20,000 nucleotides of DNA. It comes from an uncultured virus (IMG/VR IMGVR_UViG_3300044616_002167) (taxonomy: Duplodnaviria; Heunggongvirae; Uroviricota; Caudoviricetes). The DNA lies in IMG/VR virus record IMGVR_UViG_3300044616_002167, one strand, 5' to 3'. This document shows, one piece after another, positions 1 through 8,231 of this stretch; position 1 is the stretch's first letter, and every line of letters starts with the position of its first letter. A program made the position numbers and the translations under genes. Below the pieces are notes generated by a model. The model did no database searches and was not told the DNA's origin. It saw only the letters and a program-made list of their open reading frames with translations.

Positions 1-2199
1 CAGGGCTCGGGTAAGAGCTTTTCCATGCTCTTTTTCGCCGGGCGGGCTGCGCGTCACCCGGCGATGAAGAACCCCACCATCGTGGTACTGACCGACCGCA
101 ACGATCTTGATGACCAGCTTTATGGCCAGTTTGCCCGCTGCCGGGAGTTCCTTGGGCAGACCCCCGCGCAGGCGGAGTCGCGGAAGGACATGCGGGAGCT
201 TCTCAAGGTCGGCAGCGGTGGCGTGGTGTTCACCACCATCCAGAAGTTTTTGGTGGAAAAAGGAACCAAGCCGGAGCCACTCTCCACGCGCGAGAACATT
301 GTGGTGATCGCTGATGAGGCCCACAGGAGCCAGTACGACCTGATCGACGGGCTTGCGGCGTGCATGAGGGACGCTCTGCCCAAAGCCTCCTTCATTGGGT
401 TTACCGGCACGCCCATAGACAAGAAGGACGCCAGCACCTGCGCCATCTTCGGCGACTACATCTCTATTTACGACATTCAGCGGGCAGTGGAAGATAAGGC
501 GACCGTTCCCATTTACTACGAGAGCCGGGTGGCAAAGCTCTCGCTCAACGAAGGCCTGATCGACAGGCTCGATGCCGAGTTCGACGAGATCACCGAGAAT
601 GAGGAGGCGGACACCAAGAGCCGTCTTAGGAGCAAGTGGGGAGCCGCCGAGGCGCTGGTGGGGGAGCCCAAGCGTCTCAAGCTGGTGGCGCGTGACCTGG
701 TGGACCACTTTGACCGGCGGCAGGAGGCGATGGAAGGCAAGGCGATGGTGGTGTGCATGAGCCGCCGCATCTGTGTGGATTTACTTAATGAGATCCTCAA
801 GCTGCGGCCGGAGTGGGCCGGGGCGGAGGGGGACGACATCGAGCAGGAACGCAACAAGCCCTGCGTTGCCAAGATCATCATGACGGGCAACGCTGCGGAC
901 GGCCCGGAATGGCAGAGGCACATTCGCAACGGCGATGGCCGGCGGAACCTGGCTTACAGGTTCAAGGACGCGCGCGACCCGTTCCGCATCGTCATCGTGC
1001 GGGACATGTGGCTGACGGGCTTTGACGCGCCGTGCTTGCACACCATGTATGTGGACAAGCCGATGCAGGGGCACGGGCTCATGCAGGCCATTGCACGAGT
1101 GAACCGGGTCTTCAGGGACAAGCCCGGCGGGCTGGTGGTGGACTACCTCGGGCTGGCCAACCAGCTTAAGAAGGCGGTGGCGACCTATACGGAAAGCAGC
1201 GGCAAGGGCGAACCCACGCACGATGTTGATCTGGCTGTCCAAGCGCTTAAGACCTGCCACAGCGTAATCGTGGCGATGCTACACGGATGCCCGTGGGAGC
1301 AGGCACTGGCCGGGGCCAACGGTGATGGTCTCAGGCTCCTCCCCGCCATCCAGCAGCACATCCTTGTTCAGGAGGATGGAAAGGCCCGGTTCATCAAGGC
1401 GGTGACCAACATTTCCCAGGCGTTCGCCCTGTGCGCCAGCACGGACGAGGCCAAGGAGATGCGCGCGCAGATCGCCTTTTTCCAGGGCATCCAGGCGGTG
1501 CTTCGGAAGACCCAGGGCGAGCGCCAGAAAAGCCCGGAAGAGCTCGACGCCGCGGTGAGGCAGCTTGTCTCCAAGGCTATCGTCGCCAACGGCGAGATCG
1601 TGGATGTCTTCACGGCGGCGGGACTGCCCAAGCCCAATATCGGCATTCTCTCGGAAGATTTTCTTTCGGAGGTTCGGGACCTTGAGCATAAGAATGTCGC
1701 CGCCGAGCTTCTTGAAAAGCTTCTACGGGACGACATCAAGACCCGCTCCAGGAAGAATGTCGTCCAGGCGCAGCTTTTTTCGGAGAAGCTCAAGTCCGCG
1801 CTCAATTCCTACCACAACCGCTCGATCACGGTCGTTGAACTCATCGAGCGGATGATCCAGATGGCCAAGGAGATGGTGGAAGCCGACAAGGGCGGCGACA
1901 GGCTCAAACTGACCGGTGATGAATATGCCTTTTACGAGGCGCTGGCACTGAACCAGTCGGCGGTTGATATCCTCGGGGACAATCAGCTCGCGGTGATCGC
2001 CACGGAGCTGGTGATGAAGGTGAGGGACAGCGCCACTATTGACTGGAGCGAGTTCGAGCAGTCGAAGGCAGCAATGCGAGTACTTGTGAAAAAAATACTC
2101 AGGAAACACGGCTATCCACCGGACCTTCAGGATGGTGCGGCTGACCTTGTACTGCAACAGGCTAAGCTACTGTGCAACGAGCTTGTCGAGGCGATGTAG
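1..2199 (+). CDS. hsdR: Type I restriction-modification endonuclease subunit R (5'-truncated by window edge)
   Basis: Frame is open from base 1 (QGSGKS Walker A at 1-18). Motifs [23 protein letters not shown] (DEAH), [28 protein letters not shown] and a DUF3387-type C-terminus ([10 protein letters not shown]). Confidence 0.96.
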   Translation, partial: QGSGKSFSMLFFAGRAARHPAMKNPTIVVLTDRNDLDDQLYGQFARCREFLGQTPAQAESRKDMRELLKVGSGGVVFTTIQKFLVEKGTKPEPLSTRENIVVIADEAHRSQYDLIDGLAACMRDALPKASFIGFTGTPIDKKDASTCAIFGDYISIYDIQRAVEDKATVPIYYESRVAKLSLNEGLIDRLDAEFDEITENEEADTKSRLRSKWGAAEALVGEPKRLKLVARDLVDHFDRRQEAMEGKAMVVCMSRRICVDLLNEILKLRPEWAGAEGDDIEQERNKPCVAKIIMTGNAADGPEWQRHIRNGDGRRNLAYRFKDARDPFRIVIVRDMWLTGFDAPCLHTMYVDKPMQGHGLMQAIARVNRVFRDKPGGLVVDYLGLANQLKKAVATYTESSGKGEPTHDVDLAVQALKTCHSVIVAMLHGCPWEQALAGANGDGLRLLPAIQQHILVQEDGKARFIKAVTNISQAFALCASTDEAKEMRAQIAFFQGIQAVLRKTQGERQKSPEELDAAVRQLVSKAIVANGEIVDVFTAAGLPKPNIGILSEDFLSEVRDLEHKNVAAELLEKLLRDDIKTRSRKNVVQAQLFSEKLKSALNSYHNRSITVVELIERMIQMAKEMVEADKGGDRLKLTGDEYAFYEALALNQSAVDILGDNQLAVIATELVMKVRDSATIDWSEFEQSKAAMRVLVKKILRKHGYPPDLQDGAADLVLQQAKLLCNELVEAM

Positions 2200-2293
2200 G
2201 GCTCAACTTTGGCGCCGAAAGCGCAGGCCATCAACTTGCCATTCGCAAGCTGGTGCATGTGGACATACCGCTCGAGCTTGTGGTGTTTGAACC

Positions 2294-3679
2294 GTGAAAA
2301 GCGTCAACCTTGTCATCTCACTGCCATTGGAGGCCTTCCGCCACGGCGTCCTCATCCTGGGCGCCCCGGGCACGGGCAAGTCCGTGCTTCTCAAGGCACT
2401 CCGTGCGAGCATCGCCACAGAAATGTCTTTGTCATCCGATGGGATAGTCGTTTGCGACTTTGACACCAAGGAGGACCTTTACGACATCGCCCGGCTTTTC
2501 CCGTCCAATGTCCCCTTCTATAATCTCGACCCATTCGTCGACGGCAACCCGTGGAATCTCGCCGGGGAAATTGATTCTCCGCTCGCAATCAAAGAGCTGG
2601 CCAACGCGCTGATCCCCAACGCAAATCAGAACCAGCCCTACTTCTCCGAGATGGCTCGTTATTCCTGGAGCCAAAACCTTTTGGGCCTCTGGCTGCGCGT
2701 CAAGGAAAAGCTCACCTTCCGGGACATGGTCCTCGCCGGGATGTCGCCTAACAATATCCGCAAGGTCGCGCGCTCAAGCAGCCTTTCCGAGAGCATTGTC
2801 CCGCTGTTTCAGGACACCGAAAGCGGCCTATCGTTGGCGGCGACTTCGGTGCACGCCATGAGCAGGTTCGCCGAGGCCGCGGCGCTCTACTCCACATCCA
2901 AGGGCGCCCCAGTCACAACACGGAGCATCCTTTCCCGGACCCGGGCCGTGGTCAGACTGCCATTCAACCTCAAGGCGGCCTACACCCTCGGGCCGTTGGC
3001 GGCGCTTTTTGCCATGATGCTTCAACTACGGGCGATGATTGAGAGCGTCAAGGGGCGGATTATAATCTTCATCTGGGATGAACTTTCGCTCATTCCGGGA
3101 GGTCTCGACCTCACCCTCAGCTCGATCTTCGGCAGAGAGGCGGGCGTGGTGAACACTTTGGCGTTCCAATCACAAGCCACCACCGCCGAAAAGTTTGGAA
3201 AGGACAAGCTGGAGGCGCTAATCTCCCTTCCGAAAACAATCATTGCCCTTCAGCAACCACATTACAAAGACGCCGAAGACACAGCGCGGAGGTTCGGAAA
3301 CTATCAGGGGTTCGTCAAGACCTGGAGCCACACCTATAGCAAGGAAAACTCCAGCACGCTCGGCGAATCCTTGCAGACCATCGAGAATGTCACGGCGTCC
3401 GACATCATGTCCCTACCGGTGCCCGCCCCGGGTCACCCCTACATTGAAGGCTTCATGGCGACCATTCCCTTCAAGCCCTTCCGATTCAAGCTCTCAATCC
3501 CGGAGCTCGTCAAAACCTATATTCCCAAGGTGGAGAGGATGGCCGAGCCCAAGGCGCGCGACCCCATGGACATGATTTTGAGACCTTGGGACGATGCGGA
3601 TCTCGACAGACTGGGCCTCCGGGAGTACTCCGGCGACGCCGAGGTTATCGCGCCGCCGGCGCCGCGGCGCGGGCGCTGA
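2294..3679 (+). CDS. Type IV secretion coupling protein (TraD/TrwB/VirD4-like ATPase), no N-terminal TM segment
   Basis: Walker A GAPGTGKS, then FDTKEDL, NLDPF, QPYFSE, Walker B IFIWDE and a TraD-C-like stretch (LAFQSQ...KDAEDTARRFG...VTASDIMSLP). Confidence 0.85.
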   Translation: MKSVNLVISLPLEAFRHGVLILGAPGTGKSVLLKALRASIATEMSLSSDGIVVCDFDTKEDLYDIARLFPSNVPFYNLDPFVDGNPWNLAGEIDSPLAIKELANALIPNANQNQPYFSEMARYSWSQNLLGLWLRVKEKLTFRDMVLAGMSPNNIRKVARSSSLSESIVPLFQDTESGLSLAATSVHAMSRFAEAAALYSTSKGAPVTTRSILSRTRAVVRLPFNLKAAYTLGPLAALFAMMLQLRAMIESVKGRIIIFIWDELSLIPGGLDLTLSSIFGREAGVVNTLAFQSQATTAEKFGKDKLEALISLPKTIIALQQPHYKDAEDTARRFGNYQGFVKTWSHTYSKENSSTLGESLQTIENVTASDIMSLPVPAPGHPYIEGFMATIPFKPFRFKLSIPELVKTYIPKVERMAEPKARDPMDMILRPWDDADLDRLGLREYSGDAEVIAPPAPRRGR

Positions 3680-4334
3680 CACCCGACTCAAGGCATTCAA
3701 ATACTATTATTTATCTGCCTGTATAGTAGCAAAACCGTTCTGGTGGCGTGACCGATTGAATTCTGCTGTCCGTCAAATAATTCGTCTAGGTCGCAATCCT
3801 CATCAATCGCATCCGTGAAAACTCCGCAAAGCACAAAGCCTTTCCCAAGAACAGAGCCGATTTTCAGCTCGGCCTCAATCCTGTCCAAGGCGTAATTCGC
3901 GCCGGCCGTGCAAACCGCCTCGATTTCCTCATCTTGTGGAGCGGCTACAACCTCGACGAAATAGGTGTCATTGTCGGTCTTGTGCTTGATCACGAAATAT
4001 TCGAGGGACCAATCATAATTCGAGAAATTTTCGGGCATGCGCGCGAAAGAAAATGACCTTTGGGTGCGCTCGGAAAACGAAACCCAAGACGGTAGCGCGT
4101 TGACGGAGTTCAATGCGACCTCCATCGCTGACCCGAAATCGATCCCGCCATACTTGACCCACTTCTCTGGCTCGGACATCGTGGTGACCTTTATGTTTCG
4201 ATGTGATTGAGCGTCGGGAAATCACACTGACCAGAGTACCGTATGGAACGGTAGAGGTAAAACTGGTGGATGAAGAGGCAGTGAAGGCGGGTCTGACAGA
4301 AGATGAGAATCCTATCCCGCGGCGCGGGCGCTGA
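3662..4334 (+). repeat. Perfect 18-bp direct repeat CCGCGGCGCGGGCGCTGA at 3662-3679 and 4317-4334, bounding an inserted cassette
   Basis: Both copies read directly from the sequence. The first copy is the last codons (PRRGR*) of the coupling-protein gene. Confidence 0.9.
3697..4179 (-). CDS. Acidic hypothetical protein (160 aa), cargo between the direct repeats
   Basis: ATG start, globular-looking composition, D/E-rich C-terminal half. No family recognised. Confidence 0.7.
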   Translation of the reverse strand: MSEPEKWVKYGGIDFGSAMEVALNSVNALPSWVSFSERTQRSFSFARMPENFSNYDWSLEYFVIKHKTDNDTYFVEVVAAPQDEEIEAVCTAGANYALDRIEAELKIGSVLGKGFVLCGVFTDAIDEDCDLDELFDGQQNSIGHATRTVLLLYRQINNSI

Positions 4335-4491
4335 AAGTCACTCCCTCGCCTGGCTTACAAACACTTTGCTTGGGGAAGTCCATCTGCCAGCGTGCCAGTC
4401 GACACGAAGGGTGGCTTAGCTACGGCGCTCCGCCGCCTACGCACGCCCTCCTTCGGTCTCCTTCTGATATTGCCGCATACGCCCCAAAATC

Positions 4492-5598
4492 CTATCCCCC
4501 AACAGGAACTGCAAGAACCCGGAAGCCGAGGATGGAGTCGCGGAGGCCTGGGCCCTGCCCGCGCCGGAGCGACGCCTTGCAGGAGTCCCCGAAGCTGAGC
4601 CTACTGCCGCCACAGAACACACGGGCCGAGCCTCTGTTGGTAGACGTCCATTCCCACACGTTACCATGCATGTCGTATATTCCCAGAGGGTTGGGGAGGT
4701 AGTTTCCCACAACGCTGGTACTTTTAAGATACGGGCCTTTTTTGCCAGAACCTGCTGGATAATTACCGTTGAAATTGGCTTGTGTGGAAGACAGATCGTT
4801 GCTGCCAACTGTCGTTAAGTCAGTCTTACTGCGGGCAAAATAGTAGTCGTACTGGCTTTGGGATTTTGAAATGGTCCCACCCCGAAGAATGTATTCCCAT
4901 TCATCAGCCGTCGGCAAGCGGTACAAAAAGCCACTTCGGCTGCTGGCAGCATTCAACTTCTGCAAAAACACTTGAACATCGTTCCACGATACACGTTCCA
5001 CAGGGTTCTTGGGATTGCCTTGAAAATGGCTCGGATTATCTCCCGTTACTGCCTGCCACTGTTCCTGCGTGACCGGGTAAATACCGCACCATAGACCTTT
5101 TTCAAGTGTGTAGGCAGTTGTACCTTCTTCGCCACCACCACCGCCCAACCAACTTTCACCAGGTGGCACCCAACCCATGGTGATATTTTGTGCTTCCGTC
5201 AGCGGCAATTCTACCCGGTCACCAATGCCCAACACCAAATCTGAAAATGGTGCCACCAAGCGGGCTTCCAATGCTGACAGCGTTTGCCATTTGGATGCAT
5301 CATGCCTCAATACCTCATCGCGCCTGAAAAAACCGCACAGCAATCGACCTTCTTCGCCGCCGTAACGCTCCACCCAATCGGCAAAAATCTGACGGTGTAC
5401 TCGTTCTTCGCAGTGAGCTCGCGCCAAACGCAACAGCTCGGTCGGGATTTCGCCTTGGAACCACTCTGGTAGTGACACGGCACACAGACTCCAATGACCA
5501 TCGCTGCGGGATTCTCCCTCTTTCAATTCGGGGACCCCGTCTCGGACGGGCCCGTTCCAATTCGCGTGGATGAAATCCCGCAGCTCCGCTAGCCGCAC
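4492..5598 (-). CDS. FGE-sulfatase/SUMF1 (CLec-fold) domain protein with N-terminal TIGR02996-like motif; candidate DGR target
   Basis: Motifs YPVTQEQW, NPSHF, PVERVSW, YRLPTADEWEY, PNPLGIYDMHGNVWEW and LGFRV. N-terminal RQIFADWVERYG...GFFR resembles the planctomycete RLxYADWL motif. Start codon uncertain. Confidence 0.88.
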   Translation of the reverse strand: MRLAELRDFIHANWNGPVRDGVPELKEGESRSDGHWSLCAVSLPEWFQGEIPTELLRLARAHCEERVHRQIFADWVERYGGEEGRLLCGFFRRDEVLRHDASKWQTLSALEARLVAPFSDLVLGIGDRVELPLTEAQNITMGWVPPGESWLGGGGGEEGTTAYTLEKGLWCGIYPVTQEQWQAVTGDNPSHFQGNPKNPVERVSWNDVQVFLQKLNAASSRSGFLYRLPTADEWEYILRGGTISKSQSQYDYYFARSKTDLTTVGSNDLSSTQANFNGNYPAGSGKKGPYLKSTSVVGNYLPNPLGIYDMHGNVWEWTSTNRGSARVFCGGSRLSFGDSCKASLRRGQGPGLRDSILGFRVLAVPVGG

Positions 5599-5668
5599 CT
5601 CGGTAAGGGCGTCCTTGCCCTCACCGGGATGTCGCCGACTGGAAAATCGCCGGGAAAGCTGTGAAGCC

Positions 5669-5923
5669 TCACGGCGCGCCCTTCCGGTTCAAGAACCAGT
5701 CGGGCAAGGGTTGATGGGGCGCGGGCGGGACGACCGCCCGGACCTCGTTGCGGCGGAGGTACTCCAGAAGGTGGGCCTCCGAAAAGGCGATTTTGCCGCG
5801 GCCAAGGCCGAGACGAACATGGCTGATGGCCTTGGCAGCCACCAGAGAGTAGATGGTCGCCAGGCTGACCCCCAGGGCACTTGCGGCGTTTCTGGGGCTC
5901 AAAAGGGTTTCCCTGCCGGTCAT
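5669..5923 (-). CDS. Excisionase-family (HTH_17) DNA-binding protein
   Basis: LLSPRNAASALGVSLATIYSLV...HVRLGLGRGKI winged-HTH pattern. GGAGG RBS; ATGA overlap with the upstream gene. Confidence 0.88.
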   Translation of the reverse strand: MTGRETLLSPRNAASALGVSLATIYSLVAAKAISHVRLGLGRGKIAFSEAHLLEYLRRNEVRAVVPPAPHQPLPDWFLNRKGAP

Positions 5924-6129
5924 TGGGGACCTCCTTTAAGGTGAAGGTGTTTCACAAGGAGCGCAATCACCGCCCTCTTTGGAATGAGGCGTCGGCGGCC
6001 GAGGTTGATGAAAGGCAAATTGCCCCTCCGCATAAGGTCATAAACGGCGGTGCGCGAGATGCCGAGCAGCCCGCAGGCTGCCCGGACATCCAGAACGCCG
6101 TCGCTCACCAGGAGTTCCTGGGGGGTCAT
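5920..6129 (-). CDS. Excisionase-family (HTH_17) DNA-binding protein
   Basis: VLDVRAACGLLGISRTAVYDLMRRGNLPFINLGRRRLIP. ATGA overlaps at both ends. Confidence 0.9.
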   Translation of the reverse strand: MTPQELLVSDGVLDVRAACGLLGISRTAVYDLMRRGNLPFINLGRRRLIPKRAVIALLVKHLHLKGGPQ

Positions 6130-6389
6130 GGCCGCAACCCCAGCATCGTCACGACGGTGCAGAGCTTCATGACGGTTTCAGCGCTGGCACCCTTCTTGGC
6201 TTCCAAGCCAAGGCTCGCCCTGACCTCGTCGGGAATGGGTTCCCATTCAAGCTCATAGACGAACATCAAGGCGGCAAGGTCCTCGTCGGCGAATCCCAGG
6301 ATCTTGGATAGGCTGTCGCTATCCAACCAAGAGTCTTCGCCCTCATGGATGAAGGAACGAAGCATTTGTTCTCGGGTCTGTTTTCGCAT
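6126..6389 (-). CDS. Hypothetical protein (87 aa)
   Basis: AGGAG RBS, ATG start, stop overlaps the next start. Confidence 0.7.
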   Translation of the reverse strand: MRKQTREQMLRSFIHEGEDSWLDSDSLSKILGFADEDLAALMFVYELEWEPIPDEVRASLGLEAKKGASAETVMKLCTVVTMLGLRP

Positions 6390-6394
6390 TGCTT

Positions 6395-6598
6395 TTACTC
6401 CTGTTTCTCAAGAACACCACTGAACAACGCCACATCGGGTTGGGGCTGCTGGTTGCCGGCTCTGTCGAGCAGGTCGAGCAAGCCCCGGATGGTTTCCAAA
6501 TTGGGCTGGATGCCCTCGCTGCGCGCGAGGAGATTCAGGAGCCCCATGAAGAGCGCGGCGGTTTCAGCGCCCGGGCGTTTCTGTTTTCTGGACATCAC
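6395..6598 (-). CDS. Hypothetical protein (~67 aa)
   Basis: GGAGAGGAG RBS upstream; fills the gap in the operon. Confidence 0.65.
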   Translation of the reverse strand: MMSRKQKRPGAETAALFMGLLNLLARSEGIQPNLETIRGLLDLLDRAGNQQPQPDVALFSGVLEKQE

Positions 6599-6619
6599 TC
6601 CTCTCCTTTCTGTTTGTTT

Positions 6620-7462
6620 TTACCGTGAGAAACGGACCGCTCTTGTGGGAGCCGGGTTCGGTCGACGTGTTGGGACTGCATCTACCGATGAATCGTCTCC
6701 CGGTTGCTCGAATTTAATTTCCACATCCACAGAGTTATTCCTCTGTTTCTCCTCCTTTTTGGGTTTGATGTCCCCAATAATGCCCCGAATGGCCGAGTCG
6801 ATGGCGTTGTTGTGTGATTCATATTCGGCCATCCGTGCCATGACGGTTTCAATCGCCTGAGCCGGAGCGAGAATGACTGCGGATTCCGCCAGGATCCGCT
6901 CGGTCGCCATCAGGGCCTCTGTTCGTCCTTCAAGGTCGGTTATGGCGTTTGGAAATTGGCCTGACAGGCTTTCTGGCGAGTCATCGAAGCCGATCAGACA
7001 CAGCCTCGCCTCGGCCGCTTCAAGGGCAGCATTGGCCAAGTCGAGGGATCGTTGCCAGTCCTCCATGACCTTCGGCCTGGTTGCCGAAGCTAATATTTTC
7101 ATCTGGCATTCGGTGATCTGAATAGTCAAATACTCTTTCAGGCCCTCCACGCCCACTTTGTAGTCTTTAATTGCGGAAGATGTTCTTTTCAAGAGCTGGG
7201 CCAGATCCTTGGCGCGGGCGATCTGGGTGGCGATCAGGTCCCTGGTCTGACCGATGGTTTCCGGCGCGGGTCGACCAATGGTCGGTGCGGCGTTGACCTT
7301 CAGGCTGACCCTTGTGAGCAGTTGTTTCAGGTCACTGTCGAGCTGTTCCAACGATTTCTTTGGGTGCTGCTCGATACCATCCTCGTTCGAAACTGCGTAA
7401 GTTTCTGCCTTGCCTACAAAGGCAAGTGAGACCGTTGCCAAAATTCCACATATCAAACGCAT
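6620..7462 (-). CDS. Secreted coiled-coil protein (280 aa from ATG 7462)
   Basis: GAGGAG RBS before ATG 7462. Signal peptide MRLICGILATVSLAFVGKA, long amphipathic/heptad helices, disordered C-terminal tail. Confidence 0.75.
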   Translation of the reverse strand: MRLICGILATVSLAFVGKAETYAVSNEDGIEQHPKKSLEQLDSDLKQLLTRVSLKVNAAPTIGRPAPETIGQTRDLIATQIARAKDLAQLLKRTSSAIKDYKVGVEGLKEYLTIQITECQMKILASATRPKVMEDWQRSLDLANAALEAAEARLCLIGFDDSPESLSGQFPNAITDLEGRTEALMATERILAESAVILAPAQAIETVMARMAEYESHNNAIDSAIRGIIGDIKPKKEEKQRNNSVDVEIKFEQPGDDSSVDAVPTRRPNPAPTRAVRFSR

Positions 7463-7485
7463 GACACTCTCCTCAAAATGGGGCA

Positions 7486-7851
7486 TCAGCCCCCGACATC
7501 GAACCAATCCGAGGCGGCCTGTTCCGCCTCATCATGGTCCGTGGCTTGTGGACCGCCGCGCCAGCGAGTGACTCTCCACTCGCGGCGCTGACGGGTGTAA
7601 AACGTGATTCCGATAAAAATGAAAGCGACGCCAAGCCACCCGATCGCCCACCTGGTGTTGGGGTCTTGTTCTCCGGCGCTTACAGCCGCTCCAAAAATCA
7701 GGATGCCGCCTACCAGAATGGGGGAGAACCACCAAAGGGATCCGAATAGCGTTGCGAAGGCGCCAACACCTTTGGCCAACCCGCTGTACTGCGGATCGAT
7801 GGCGTCCGCAGAAAACGACAGCAGTAGTCCGAGAGGGAAGACCAGCATCAT
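7486..7851 (-). CDS. Small multi-pass membrane protein (121 aa)
   Basis: ATG 7851 overlaps the upstream stop (ATGA). 3-4 hydrophobic segments followed by a basic tail. Confidence 0.75.
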   Translation of the reverse strand: MMLVFPLGLLLSFSADAIDPQYSGLAKGVGAFATLFGSLWWFSPILVGGILIFGAAVSAGEQDPNTRWAIGWLGVAFIFIGITFYTRQRREWRVTRWRGGPQATDHDEAEQAASDWFDVGG

Positions 7852-8231
7852 GGTCGGCCCTCCGTCAGGGCGGCTCGCCCAGCCGCGATGACCAGAGGAG
7901 TGACCCAGAAGATGCTCGGGCAGGTCACCACGGCCTTGGCCATTGTGGCCAGGAGATGGTCGAGAGATTGGGGGCTGCGCAGGTCGGGTGTGCACGCAGC
8001 GGCTGCGATAAGTACCAAAGCCGCGGGGAGGCCCACGGTCTTGGTGTAAAAGGTGGCGACACTCTCATCGGGATCGCTCGGAAACAGCAGAGTCGCCATG
8101 GCAACGATGAGTGAGATTGGCAGTGAAACCATTCCGCCGGTCACGGCGTGGGTTCCCCAGGCGATCAACACCACCCCGCCCGACTGGGCCAGGGTCTTGA
8201 GAAACACTTGATTCGCTGCTTTCCTGCTCAT
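7848..8231 (-). CDS. Small multi-pass membrane protein (127 aa)
   Basis: About 4 hydrophobic segments; ATGA overlaps at both ends. Confidence 0.75.
   Translation of the reverse strand: MSRKAANQVFLKTLAQSGGVVLIAWGTHAVTGGMVSLPISLIVAMATLLFPSDPDESVATFYTKTVGLPAALVLIAAAACTPDLRSPQSLDHLLATMAKAVVTCPSIFWVTPLVIAAGRAALTEGRP

Noticed and set aside
3680..4316. IS element
   Set aside because: No transposase and no terminal inverted repeats seen; 18 bp is long for a typical IS target duplication.
4492..5598. True formylglycine-generating enzyme
   Set aside because: Lacks the catalytic Cys pair after RGGS and has no adjacent sulfatase; FGE fold only.
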